This document shows, piece after piece, positions 8,848 through 18,189 of a DNA stretch of 64,000 bases. How positions within the stretch are numbered: position 1 is the stretch's first letter; every line of letters begins with the position of its first letter. A program made the position numbers and the translations under genes. A model generated the notes under the pieces. That model made no database searches, had not been told where the DNA came from, and saw only the letters and a list, made by a program, of their open reading frames with translations. Origin of the DNA: Nitrospira sp. (lineage in GTDB: Bacteria > Nitrospirota > Nitrospiria > Nitrospirales > Nitrospiraceae); contig VGXC01000012.1 in assembly GCA_016873495.1 (NCBI GenBank), forward strand, positions 8,434-72,433. The letters are read 5' to 3'.

Positions 8848-10008
8848 TTAGGACTTGGCCGGAGCGGCCGTCGCCCCCGGCGCTTTCAACCCCCGGTGAA
8901 GAAAGATTGAGACGCTGCCGGTCCCGTTGTTGGCAATGGCCAGCCCAGGCTCTTCGGCGGCGTGCTTGGTGGTGAGGGTGAGCGAGGCGATGGCGAAGGG
9001 GCCGCCCTTCGTCTTGTAGTTCTGAGGAGGGTATTGGAAGGTCCCGTCGCCGCGGCCGTATAGGATGGACAGGTCATTTGACTGGACATTGGCGACGGCG
9101 ACGTCGGGCAGGTGGTCCCCATTAAAATCACGGGCCAGCCCGAATACGGGTCCCGCATCCGCCCCGGCTTCCTTGCCGGCCTGGAATGTGCCGTCCCCGT
9201 TCCCCAGAAAGATCGTGAACGTGTCCATCTCCCCGTTCATCACGAGCAGGTCGGTCAGCTGGTCATTGTTGAAATCGGCGAAGGCCACCGCCAACGGCCG
9301 CTTCCCGGTCCGATAATCCTTGGGTTTCTGAAACGTGCCATCGCCCTTTCCCAACCAGATGGACACCGCGCTGCTCATCGGCCCCCCGTTGGTCACGGCC
9401 AGGTCCGGCTTGCCGTCTCGGTTTAAGTCCGCCACGGCTAGGGACGTCGGCGTATCCCCGTACTCATAGAGCACCCCTTCGGTAAACGTGCCGTCGCCGT
9501 TGCCGAGGAACACTTTCACCTTGTCGTTGCGAAGAGCGACAACAAGGTCCGGTTTCTGATCGCCGTTGAAATCCCCGCTGGCGATGGAGACCGGTGTCTT
9601 GTTCACGGCATAGCGCTGGCCCTGCCCGAAGTGCCCGTTCGCCAAGCCCAGAAAAATGGCCACATGGTCGCTGCCGGCGCAGGCCACCGCCAGATCCATC
9701 CAGCCATCCCCGTTATAGTCGTTCAACGCCAGAGCTCGGGGCTCCTTAGCAACCTCGAGCTGGACCTGATCCTTGAACGTCCCATCCCCATTGCCGAACA
9801 GCAGCGACAGGGAATTGTTTGCAATGTTGGTGGTAATCAAATCGGTGAGCCCGTCCTGATTGAAATCGGCCGTGGCCACCGAGGTCGGATTCTTGCCGAC
9901 CGGGTAAGTCGCAAAGAGGTAAAAGAGGTCCGGCGGGACGTAGGAGTCTTTTTGGACACAGCCGACGAACGCCAGCAGTCCCAGGATGAGCGTGATGCGG
10001 AGCCCCAT
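8848..10008 (-). CDS. FG-GAP/VCBS repeat lipoprotein
   Basis: Start at MGLRITLILGLLAFVGC (lipobox LAFVGC). Seven-fold repeats of FN.DG..DL...N...(V/L)S(I/L)(F/L)LG.GDGTF. Confidence 0.85.
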   Translation of the reverse strand: MGLRITLILGLLAFVGCVQKDSYVPPDLFYLFATYPVGKNPTSVATADFNQDGLTDLITTNIANNSLSLLFGNGDGTFKDQVQLEVAKEPRALALNDYNGDGWMDLAVACAGSDHVAIFLGLANGHFGQGQRYAVNKTPVSIASGDFNGDQKPDLVVALRNDKVKVFLGNGDGTFTEGVLYEYGDTPTSLAVADLNRDGKPDLAVTNGGPMSSAVSIWLGKGDGTFQKPKDYRTGKRPLAVAFADFNNDQLTDLLVMNGEMDTFTIFLGNGDGTFQAGKEAGADAGPVFGLARDFNGDHLPDVAVANVQSNDLSILYGRGDGTFQYPPQNYKTKGGPFAIASLTLTTKHAAEEPGLAIANNGTGSVSIFLHRGLKAPGATAAPAKS

Positions 10009-10368
10009 CGTGGCGGCACGGCCCTGCCGGACTGCCTGGACTTGCCTCACGGGAACTGGCCTTTCTACGCTGCCGATGCAATCAGCAGGACAGGAAGAAG
10101 GGCGATGCCTTGGGCGCCCGCACCCCTCCGGAAGATCGCCACCGCGCTCTTGCGTACGGATTGAGTATACAAAGCCCCTGCACGCTTCGCAATGGGCATT
10201 CCCTATGGGAAGGCGCAGCCCTACGGAGCTGACGCAGTCCTGCCCCAGCCGACAACGGATGGAACGCCGGCGTCGGCCGGCGCCTGCCCTCTGAAGATTG
10301 ATGCGATTCCCTCTGGAAGATGGGCGCAGTCCTGGGGTAGAATGCACCCCTGATTCAAGGAGGGGCTT

Positions 10369-10689
10369 ATGGCAGAGAAAGTTAAAATCGAGTTGACGAT
10401 GTACGGGATTGCGGAGGTTATTAAGTGGTGCATCGACAAAAATCATGGCCGGGTTCCCGTCGCAAACACGGACGGCTTCAAGAAGATGCAGGCCTTGCTC
10501 ACGGAGAAACCGCAATCCAACGACTACTTCTCGTTGGACCAGTTCTGGAAGAAGCCGGTGGTGATGGAGTTGACGGAAGACGAGGTGGCCACGATCGACC
10601 GCTGCCTGTATGACATTCCCAACATGGACAACGTCCAACTCCCCCAGATCAGGCACAAGTTCTGGCCGAAACAGACGACCGCCCACTGA
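10369..10689 (+). CDS. hypothetical protein
   Basis: 106 aa with a strong SD (AAGGAGG at 10357-10363) and a TAGAAT -10-like box at 10338-10343. Protein-like composition; no recognisable domain. Confidence 0.6.
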   Translation: MAEKVKIELTMYGIAEVIKWCIDKNHGRVPVANTDGFKKMQALLTEKPQSNDYFSLDQFWKKPVVMELTEDEVATIDRCLYDIPNMDNVQLPQIRHKFWPKQTTAH

Positions 10690-10776
10690 CGACCCCTTCA
10701 GAAAGGAACCGGTCCTCGGCTGAATACGTGAACAGCCTGAGGAGCGGCTGGCCTGAGGAAATGCTTTCCTCGCTCA

Positions 10777-11304
10777 TCAATTGGACGGGGTAGTCGGCGG
10801 GACAGCCATGACCGCCACCCGGGCAAGGCGATCGGAACAATACTTCGTGACCGGGTCCGTCTCGGCATCCGGATCGGTTCCGTCCCAGAAGACCGCGTGG
10901 ATATTCCAACGGATGACGGGATAAAAGATCACCCCCGGATTTGTGATCAACACCGCCCCGACCTCCGTCAGGATTTCCTCTTCGTCTATCCTGGTGCGCA
11001 CGCGCTTATACACCTTGTCATACCAGTCCAGCGTCGGACGATGGGACGCCTTGGCTTCCACGAACCGTCGGTACGCTTCTCCCGCATCCAGCATGCCGTC
11101 CTGACGGCGATCGCCGAATGCCCCGTTCAGCGCCGCATCGCGCCGAAGCATCGAGGCGCGCCAAGACGCTTCGAGCTGTTCCAACTCTTCTTGGGCTTGG
11201 AGATAGTCGGGCGTGAGGCTGGCCAGGCAGCGCCCTTCGTGTTTCAGCGCCGTGGCGCAGCCAGCCAAGAGGAAACCTACCAGCAGCAAGCCTGCGAGCT
11301 TCAT
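10777..11304 (-). CDS. hypothetical lipoprotein
   Basis: MKLAGLLLVGFLLAGC lipobox. 175 aa. Confidence 0.65.
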   Translation of the reverse strand: MKLAGLLLVGFLLAGCATALKHEGRCLASLTPDYLQAQEELEQLEASWRASMLRRDAALNGAFGDRRQDGMLDAGEAYRRFVEAKASHRPTLDWYDKVYKRVRTRIDEEEILTEVGAVLITNPGVIFYPVIRWNIHAVFWDGTDPDAETDPVTKYCSDRLARVAVMAVPPTTPSN

Positions 11305-11336
11305 AGCACTCTCCGGCCCTCGATGGCCGGCAGCTC

Positions 11337-12341
11337 CTACAGCGAGCCTTCGCCTTTGAGGTAACTCCGGAACCGATCCATCAACTCGGCGCCGAGCGTG
11401 CCCCCCTCCGGCTTCTTGGTCTCCGGATCTTTGAAATGATCCCGGATTTCCGCGAGGCGCTTCTCGGCTTGCTCGTTGCCCTGCAAACGCTTCGTTTTTT
11501 GCAGCGCGGTGTCGAATGCGTCGAAGGTCAGCTCCTTGTAGCCGAAGCTCCGGATGCGTTTCACGGCTTTCATCATGGCTTCGTTTCGGAACTTCGTGAG
11601 GTGTTCCGAATCGATCTCCTTCAGGCCCAGCTTGCGGGCCCGGCGCTCGGCGGCTTTTCGGATCCCGCTGCGCACGAAGTCCGGCGACGTCTGCAGCCGC
11701 TTCCAGGATTCATCCGTCCACGCAACCCGTTCCAGCGGCGCATCCCACAGCTGCGTCAGCGCCGCCTCGTCGATCCGCGCGAGCCCTTTGTCGCGGGCCA
11801 TGTCCTCGGTGTCCCGCTTGAGCATGTCGGTCACGAAATCCATGGCGATCGGGGGGGCCTGCTTGATCTTCTCCTGCAGCCGGCCCAGGGCTCCTTCGCT
11901 CCACTCCATCGGAGGGCGCGCCGCTTCCTGCACATCGCCCAGCGCTTCGACGCGTTCGAAGAGCTCGATGTTGACTTCCAGGTGGCCCCCTTCGACGGCC
12001 AGTTCCTCCGCGATCTGCTTGATCATCGACTGCATGAATTCCGGCACCGCAGCCAATCGTTCCCGCGCCGCAGCGGTCCAGGGCAATTTCCCCTGGGCCA
12101 TCTGGTCGGCGGCCGCGGCCATGCCCGCCTCTCCACCCATACGCCCCATCATCTGGCCCTTGAACTGGTCCAGAATCGCGCCGGTGATCTCGGGATAGCC
12201 AAGCTCGCGGGCTTTTTTCTCGGCCAGTTTCTTCACCATCCCGCGGAGAAACACCGGGGCCCGTTCCATGCGCTGCAGCGCATCCTCGGTCCAGAGAATG
12301 TCGGGCGCGGCGGCCTGATCTTGCGAATCGAGAGTTCCCAT
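11337..12341 (-). CDS. protein with four PCP_red (protochlorophyllide reductase subunit B C-terminal-like) domains
   Basis: Four units of W(T/S).(D/E/A)A..R(L/M)...P.F(V/L/M)R..(V/I)(K/R)K.AE..AR..G. The clearest are WTEDALQRMERAPVFLRGMVKKLAEKKARELG and WTDESWKRLQTSPDFVRSGIRKAAERRARKLG. Starts 20 nt downstream of ihfB. Confidence 0.8.
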   Translation of the reverse strand: MGTLDSQDQAAAPDILWTEDALQRMERAPVFLRGMVKKLAEKKARELGYPEITGAILDQFKGQMMGRMGGEAGMAAAADQMAQGKLPWTAAARERLAAVPEFMQSMIKQIAEELAVEGGHLEVNIELFERVEALGDVQEAARPPMEWSEGALGRLQEKIKQAPPIAMDFVTDMLKRDTEDMARDKGLARIDEAALTQLWDAPLERVAWTDESWKRLQTSPDFVRSGIRKAAERRARKLGLKEIDSEHLTKFRNEAMMKAVKRIRSFGYKELTFDAFDTALQKTKRLQGNEQAEKRLAEIRDHFKDPETKKPEGGTLGAELMDRFRSYLKGEGSL

Positions 12342-12361
12342 GGTGAACCTTTCGGGCTGCT

Positions 12362-12640
12362 TTATCGGTTTAACAGCTCTTTCAGTTCCTTGCCGGCTTT
12401 AAAGAAGGGCACGCGCTTGGCCGGAACCGCCACGGTCGCGCCGGTCTTTGGATTGCGGCCTTCTTTCATCCGGCGGGCGCGCAGGCGAAAGCTGCCGAAT
12501 CCCCGAATCTCGGTCTTGTCGCCCTTCTGGAGCGAATTGCGGATGCTGTTGAAGATGGTGTTCACGACGATCTCGGCCTGGCGTTTGGTCAACGTCGTGA
12601 CTTGCTCCGAAACTCGTTCGATGATCTGTGCCTTCGTCAT
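12362..12640 (-). CDS. ihfB: integration host factor subunit beta (HU/IHF family)
   Basis: 92 aa, MTKAQIIERV...EIRGFGSFRLRARRMKEGRNPKTG...VPFFKAGKELK. Lies downstream of rpsA, as in the cmk-rpsA-ihfB arrangement. Confidence 0.9.
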   Translation of the reverse strand: MTKAQIIERVSEQVTTLTKRQAEIVVNTIFNSIRNSLQKGDKTEIRGFGSFRLRARRMKEGRNPKTGATVAVPAKRVPFFKAGKELKELLNR

Positions 12641-12688
12641 GTCGTGGCCTCCTGGAGAGAAAAATTGCGCATGCCTTCACCGCATGGA

Positions 12689-13600
12689 TCAGAATGCCAT
12701 CAAATACTTGAGGCTGACTCCGGTTTGAAAGTCCAATCGGGGCAGCGTGCCGAACACATGGCTTTCGAGCAGTTCCCTGACCGAGAACCGCCGCCGGGGT
12801 TCCACCACTTTAGGCTCCCCTTCGATGCCGCCCATCTCCGCGGCAAGCTTGATGGCGTCTTCCAGGTCGCCCAGCTCGTCCACCAGCTTGGCGGCCTTGG
12901 CCTGCCGGCCGGTAAAGACGCGCCCGTCGGCCAGCATGCGGACCTCGCGCACATCCAGCGCGCGCCCGTCGGCCACGGCCTCGATAAACTGACTATGCAC
13001 ATCGTCCATCACGGCCTGGAGGATGAGACGGTCATCCTCTTTCATCTTCCGGAACGGCGACCCGATGTCCTTGTGCTCGCCGCTTTTCACCACTACGCTC
13101 TCCACCCCGATTTTCTTGAGGAGGCCTTCGAAATTCGCCAGTTCCATGATCACCCCGATGCTGCCCGTCAGGGTGCCGGGATTGGCCATGATCCGGTCGG
13201 TCGCGGCGGCGATGTAGTAGCCTCCCGAGGCCGCCACCGTCCCCATCGAGGCGACGACGGCCTTGTTGTTCTTGCTTCGGATGCGCTTCACCGCGTCATA
13301 GATTTCCTGTGACGGCACGACCCCGCCGCCGGGGCTGTCGATCCGCAGCACGATGGCTTTCACCGCGGGTATTTCTGCGTACTTTTTCAAGTCCCCCACA
13401 GTCTGCTGGGCGTCCAGAATCACCCCCTCGACGCGGATCAGGGCAACCCGGTCTTCGCCGGACAGGTCGAGATCCGGCCCCAGAATATTGGCCAGCGTCA
13501 GGAGTAGGAATCCACCCAGCACAAGCCAGAAGAGGATCCGCAAAGGCCTCCACCGACGCGGCTTCTGAGAACTATCGTCTGTCATAGACGTATGCGCCAT
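12689..13600 (-). CDS. sppA: signal peptide peptidase SppA, 36K type
   Basis: 303 aa with an N-terminal TM segment and the S49 motif MGTVAASGGYYIA. Confidence 0.9.
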   Translation of the reverse strand: MAHTSMTDDSSQKPRRWRPLRILFWLVLGGFLLLTLANILGPDLDLSGEDRVALIRVEGVILDAQQTVGDLKKYAEIPAVKAIVLRIDSPGGGVVPSQEIYDAVKRIRSKNNKAVVASMGTVAASGGYYIAAATDRIMANPGTLTGSIGVIMELANFEGLLKKIGVESVVVKSGEHKDIGSPFRKMKEDDRLILQAVMDDVHSQFIEAVADGRALDVREVRMLADGRVFTGRQAKAAKLVDELGDLEDAIKLAAEMGGIEGEPKVVEPRRRFSVRELLESHVFGTLPRLDFQTGVSLKYLMAF

Positions 13601-13607
13601 TCGCTTC

Positions 13608-13648
13608 CAGTCGTCGGCGGCCGGCGCTGCGCCGATCGCCGACGACTG
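13608..13648 (-). promoter_or_regulatory. strong stem-loop in the rpsA-sppA spacer
   Basis: Perfect 12-bp inverted repeat CAGTCGTCGGCG (13608-13619) / CGCCGACGACTG (13637-13648) with further GGCGC/GCGCC pairing inside. It ends 7 nt upstream of the sppA ATG. No U-tract. Confidence 0.55.
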
Positions 13649-13663
13649 CGGAACTGTCGTTCG

Positions 13664-15382
13664 TTACCCGTTGTCCGATTCGTCGTCGTTACGCTTCTTG
13701 GTCTTCTTGGCCGCCCGCCCGAGGCTCTGATCCAGGACGCCCTGGGTGGCGTGATACTCGTCCACCTGCCTCCGTTCCGAGTCCATCGCATGCTCCCGCA
13801 GGCTCAGGGCGATCTTCCGCTCATCCCGGTCCACCTTGATGATCTTGGCCGCCAGTTCGTCCCCGACCTTGAATTTCTCTTCCATGCGCACCGATGGCTC
13901 CAGCCCCGTCTCGCTGATATGGATCAGCCCTTCCAGACCACCTTCCAGTTCGACGAACACACCGAAGTCCGTGATCTTGGTGACCTTGCCGGTCACGGCG
14001 GTCCCGACCCGATACTTCGACGGAATCTCGTCTTCCCAGGGATCACGGCTCAACTGCTTGTATCCCAGCGACAGCCGTTCCTTTTCCTTGTCGATCCGCA
14101 GCACGACCGCGGACACAGGCTGGCCCTTCTTGAACAGCTCGGACGGGTGCTTGATGTGCTTGGTCCAGGACATATCGGAAATGTGGATCAAGCCGTCGAT
14201 CCCCTCGTCCAAGCCGACGAACGCCCCGAAATCGGTCAGGCTCTTCACCTTCCCCTCGATTCGCGTGCCGCTCGGGTACTTGGCCTCGACCATGTCCCAG
14301 GGATTCGGCGCGGTCTGCTTCATCCCCAGCGAAATCTTCCGGCTGTTCGGATCCACGTTCAGGACCGCCGCTTCAACCTGATCCCCGACCGAGACCAGAC
14401 GGGACGGATGCCGGACCTCGTGCGTCCAGGACATCTCGGACACGTGCACCAACCCTTCGACTCCCGGCTCCAGCTCGATGAACGCGCCGTAGTCGGTCAG
14501 GCTCACAACCCGCCCCTTCACCCTGGTCCCAATCGGGTACTTGCCGCCCACATTACTCCAGGGGTCCGAGCCCTTTTGCTTCAGGCCGAGCGAGATGCGC
14601 CCAGTCTCTCGGTCGTACTTCAGCACCATAACTTCCACCTTGTCCCCGATCACGAACAGCTCGGAGGGATGGCCGACCCGCCCCCAGGACATGTCCGTGA
14701 TGTGCAGCAAGCCATCGATCCCGCCCAGGTCGATGAAGGCGCCGTACTCGGTGATGTTCTTGACCATGCCCTGGATCAACTGGCCTTCCTTCAGCGTCGA
14801 GAGGGTCGTCTGCCGTTTCTTGTCCCTGGCCTCCTCCAGCAGGACACGGCGCGATACGACCACGTTCCCCCGACGATGGTTGATCTTGATGATCTTCAGC
14901 GGGAAGGTCTTGCCGACCAACCCGTCCAGATCGCGCACCGGATGCAGATCGATTTGCGAGCCGGGCAGGAAGGCTTTGACGCCAATGTCCACCATCATGC
15001 CGCCCTTGATGCGGGAAATGATCCGGCCCTCGACGACTTTCTCGTCCTTGTGGGCCTTTTCCAGTTCCTCCCACACTTTCATCTTGTCGGCCTTTTCCTT
15101 CGACAAGATCAGGTTGCCGTCGGCGTCCTCGCGCTCCTCGATATAGACCTGCAGCCGGTCGCCCGGCTTCAGCCCTTGTAGGTCTTCCGGCACAAACTGA
15201 TCGGTCGGGATGATCCCTTCCGATTTGTACCCGATATCCACGACCACCCTGTCTTTGCTGACCGCCACTACGCGGCCCTCGATGATCGTGCCCTCTTCGA
15301 AGTTCCGGAAGGTCTCTTCGTACAGAGCCTCCAGGGCCCCCCGGTCCATCACCTCGCCTACCTGCTTCGTTGCCATGTCCAT
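13664..15382 (-). CDS. rpsA: 30S ribosomal protein S1
   Basis: 572 aa with six S1 domains (repeated G..V.G.V..I..FGAFV.L). Confidence 0.97.
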   Translation of the reverse strand: MDMATKQVGEVMDRGALEALYEETFRNFEEGTIIEGRVVAVSKDRVVVDIGYKSEGIIPTDQFVPEDLQGLKPGDRLQVYIEEREDADGNLILSKEKADKMKVWEELEKAHKDEKVVEGRIISRIKGGMMVDIGVKAFLPGSQIDLHPVRDLDGLVGKTFPLKIIKINHRRGNVVVSRRVLLEEARDKKRQTTLSTLKEGQLIQGMVKNITEYGAFIDLGGIDGLLHITDMSWGRVGHPSELFVIGDKVEVMVLKYDRETGRISLGLKQKGSDPWSNVGGKYPIGTRVKGRVVSLTDYGAFIELEPGVEGLVHVSEMSWTHEVRHPSRLVSVGDQVEAAVLNVDPNSRKISLGMKQTAPNPWDMVEAKYPSGTRIEGKVKSLTDFGAFVGLDEGIDGLIHISDMSWTKHIKHPSELFKKGQPVSAVVLRIDKEKERLSLGYKQLSRDPWEDEIPSKYRVGTAVTGKVTKITDFGVFVELEGGLEGLIHISETGLEPSVRMEEKFKVGDELAAKIIKVDRDERKIALSLREHAMDSERRQVDEYHATQGVLDQSLGRAAKKTKKRNDDESDNG

Positions 15383-15491
15383 GCGTTATGATCCTAACTT
15401 TCTGAACTTCCGACTCCCGTCGGATGCTGATGGTAAACGCGATGGCGGTGCGACCCTCTCCGGGCCGTCATGCCCGCCGAAACACCCGGTC

Positions 15492-16163
15492 TCACTCAGC
15501 GCTGAGAGACCCGGCTGCCTGACCGGCGGACCGGTCCGCCGGCGGGGGTACCTGCCCCAGCTCGGCGATCCGCTCCATAACAGTCCGGCTCACGTGTTTG
15601 TAGAACTCCTTCCCGGTCATCCGCTCCAGATCCTTCGTGAAATCCACCGGCGCCCCGAATCGTATATCGATCGGCCGGAACCGCACCCAGGTCCTGCCCA
15701 TCGGCAGCGCGTCGAAGGCGCCTTTGACATACGCCGGTACCACGGGACACCGGGTTTCTTCCACGATCACGCCGATCCCCGGCTTGCCTGGCCGCAAAGC
15801 CCCATCCGGCGTGCGCGTACCTTCCGGAAAGATCACCACGACCTGCCCCTGCTTGATCAGGCTGATCGCCTTTCCGAACCCTTCTCGATCCAATCGGCCC
15901 AGACGGATGGGGATCCATCCCAGCCAGCGGCAGACCGCTTTGACCCAGTTAGGGCCGAACAAGTCCTGACGGCCCAAGTACCAAGCCCGCCGCCTGAGTC
16001 CACAGCCCACGAGCGGAATATCCAGGTAGCTGGCATGGTTCGCCGCGATCAGCAGCCCCCCCTGTTTGGGCACCAGTTCCAGCCCTCGGACCCGAAACCG
16101 GAAACAGAGCCGGGCGATCGCTTGGCAGGCCACCCACAGATACGCATACGCGATTCCGCTCAC
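15492..16163 (-). CDS. plsC: 1-acyl-sn-glycerol-3-phosphate acyltransferase
   Basis: NHxxxxD (AANHASYLD) and FPEGTR motifs. Overlaps the cmk stop by 4 nt. Confidence 0.85.
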   Translation of the reverse strand: MSGIAYAYLWVACQAIARLCFRFRVRGLELVPKQGGLLIAANHASYLDIPLVGCGLRRRAWYLGRQDLFGPNWVKAVCRWLGWIPIRLGRLDREGFGKAISLIKQGQVVVIFPEGTRTPDGALRPGKPGIGVIVEETRCPVVPAYVKGAFDALPMGRTWVRFRPIDIRFGAPVDFTKDLERMTGKEFYKHVSRTVMERIAELGQVPPPADRSAGQAAGSLSAE

Positions 16164-16885
16164 AGTTTGGTCGCGATCACATCCAACAGCCGGTCGACCA
16201 CCTGCTCCACCATCAGCGCCGAGGAGTCGACCCGGACTGCATCCGGCGCCGGGACGAGGGGAGCCAATTCCCTGGTCCGGTCCTGCCTGTCTCGGATCTC
16301 GATCTCCTGACGGGTCTCTTCCAACCGCGACGCCTGGCCGGCCTCGGCCAGATCACGATGTCGCCTGGCCGCTCTGGTCGCCACATCCGCGTCCAAAAAA
16401 AACTTGGCCTGGGCCTGGGGGAAAATGCGCGTTCCCAGATCCCGCCCCTCGGCGACAATCCCGCCTGCCGCGCCGATCTGCCGCTGGACAGGGAGCAGCC
16501 ATTCGCGCACCGCCGGAATCGCCGAAACCAGGGAGGCCAGCCGGCTGATCTCGGGCTTGCGGATCTCTTCCGTCACATCCCGCCCGTCGACCGACACCAG
16601 GGGCCGGTCGGGCCGATACTCCAACGCGACCTTGGTCGTGGGCAGCAACCCCGCCACCGCCGCCGCATCCGATGGATTGACGCCGGCCTCGCGCACTTTC
16701 CACGCCACCGCCCGATACAGGGCGCCCGTGTCCAGATACAGGTAGCCCAGTCGCGCCGCCAGGAGCTTGGCCACCGTGCTCTTGCCGGCGCCGGCCGGGC
16801 CGTCCAGGGTCACGATCAGCCGCCGCGGTGTCGTTGGCGCAACCGACGCGCCTTCGGATCGGGCCTGCATGGTGGACCGGGTCAT
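16160..16885 (-). CDS. cmk: cytidylate kinase
   Basis: P-loop DGPAGAGKSTVAK with a YLDTGALYRA lid motif. Confidence 0.93.
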   Translation of the reverse strand: MTRSTMQARSEGASVAPTTPRRLIVTLDGPAGAGKSTVAKLLAARLGYLYLDTGALYRAVAWKVREAGVNPSDAAAVAGLLPTTKVALEYRPDRPLVSVDGRDVTEEIRKPEISRLASLVSAIPAVREWLLPVQRQIGAAGGIVAEGRDLGTRIFPQAQAKFFLDADVATRAARRHRDLAEAGQASRLEETRQEIEIRDRQDRTRELAPLVPAPDAVRVDSSALMVEQVVDRLLDVIATKL

Positions 16886-18189
16886 GACGGTGTCGTTACC
16901 TCCACAAGCTTGCGCTCGAATTCCGGGAACGAGGTCTCGATGCAGGCTGTGTCGTCGATCCGCGACGGGGCGTCCGCGACCAGCCCGGCCACCGTCATGG
17001 ACATGGCCACACGGTGGTCCCCATGGCTGTGGCAGGCGGCTCCTGTGAACGGTCGCCCCGCCGTGCCTTCGATGACCATCCCGTCTTGCGTCTCGGTGAT
17101 TGTCGCGCCCATTTTGCGCAGTTCGGACGCCATCGTGGCGATGCGATCGCTTTCCTTCACGCGCAACTCGCCCGCACCGCTGATCACCGTCCTGCCCTTC
17201 GCATAGGCGGCCGCCACGCAGAGCACGGGGAACTCGTCGATGGTTTGCGGAATCTGCGCCTCTCCGATCGTCACGCCGCGCAAGGACGCAGCCCGCACCC
17301 GCAGGTCCGCAATCGGCTCTCCCGCCTCTTCCCTCGGATTCAGCACCTGAATATCGGCCCCCATCTCCTGCAAAATCGTGAGCAGGCCGATGCGGGTGGG
17401 ATTGACGCCCACGCCGCTGATCGTCACGTCGGATTCAGGCACGAGCGACGCGCCCACCAGAAAAAACGCGGCAGCCGAAAAGTCTCCCGCCACGGGCAAC
17501 TCTTTGACCCCTTGCCAGCCCGTGGCCGGCCGCCCTTCGAGCACCAGGGCCTGCCCCTGTTCTCTGATCGGAATGCCGAAAAATCGGAACAGCCGCTCCG
17601 TATGGTCCCGTGACCGTCTCGGTTCCGTGATGGTGGTCTGCCCTTCGGCGAACAGACCGGCCAGGAGCAGCGACGACTTCACTTGCGCGCTGGCCACCGG
17701 CGATTGATAGGCGATCCCCGTGAGCCGGCTGCCGGTAATGGCCAGAGGGGCCAGCTCGCCGCCCTTGCGGCCGGCGATCGTCGCGCCCATGGCGCGCAGC
17801 GGTTTGACCACCCGGCCCATCGGACGTCGCCGGATGGATTCGTCGCCGGTCAGGACCGTGAAGAAGTCCTGCCCGGCCAGGAGCCCGGCCAGCAACCGGA
17901 TGCCCGTGCCGGAGTTCCCGCAATCGATCGGCTGGGACGGCTCGGAGAGGCCCCACAGGCCCTTGCCGGATACCAGCAGCCGGTCCGTCTGTTCCTGGAT
18001 GGGAATGCCCATCGCTTGCAGTGCCCGCATCGTATTCAGACAGTCTTCCCCTCGACAATACTTGGTAATCAGGCTGTTCCCTTCCGCCAACGCACTCAAA
18101 ATCAGCGCCCGGTGCGTGATGGACTTGTCTCCCGGCACCGTGAGCGTGCCGCGCAAGGGGCAACCTGGCTTGATGGTCAGCGAGGTCAT
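16882..18189 (-). CDS. aroA: 3-phosphoshikimate 1-carboxyvinyltransferase (EPSP synthase)
   Basis: 435 aa with PGDKSITHRALIL, CGNSGTGIRLL and ELRVKESDR motifs. Confidence 0.95.
   Translation of the reverse strand: MTSLTIKPGCPLRGTLTVPGDKSITHRALILSALAEGNSLITKYCRGEDCLNTMRALQAMGIPIQEQTDRLLVSGKGLWGLSEPSQPIDCGNSGTGIRLLAGLLAGQDFFTVLTGDESIRRRPMGRVVKPLRAMGATIAGRKGGELAPLAITGSRLTGIAYQSPVASAQVKSSLLLAGLFAEGQTTITEPRRSRDHTERLFRFFGIPIREQGQALVLEGRPATGWQGVKELPVAGDFSAAAFFLVGASLVPESDVTISGVGVNPTRIGLLTILQEMGADIQVLNPREEAGEPIADLRVRAASLRGVTIGEAQIPQTIDEFPVLCVAAAYAKGRTVISGAGELRVKESDRIATMASELRKMGATITETQDGMVIEGTAGRPFTGAACHSHGDHRVAMSMTVAGLVADAPSRIDDTACIETSFPEFERKLVEVTTPS

Noticed and set aside
10009-10686. N-terminal 226-aa extension of the FG-GAP ORF (ORF track 8848..10686).
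   Set aside because: A lipoprotein signal peptide starts at the internal ATG 10008. The extension is low-complexity and antisense to the well-supported ORF 10369..10689.
10755-10771. GAGGAAA-tgc-TTTCCTC hairpin between convergent ORFs, as a bidirectional terminator.
   Set aside because: The stem is only 7 bp and A/T-rich, with no U-tract. It is too weak to call.
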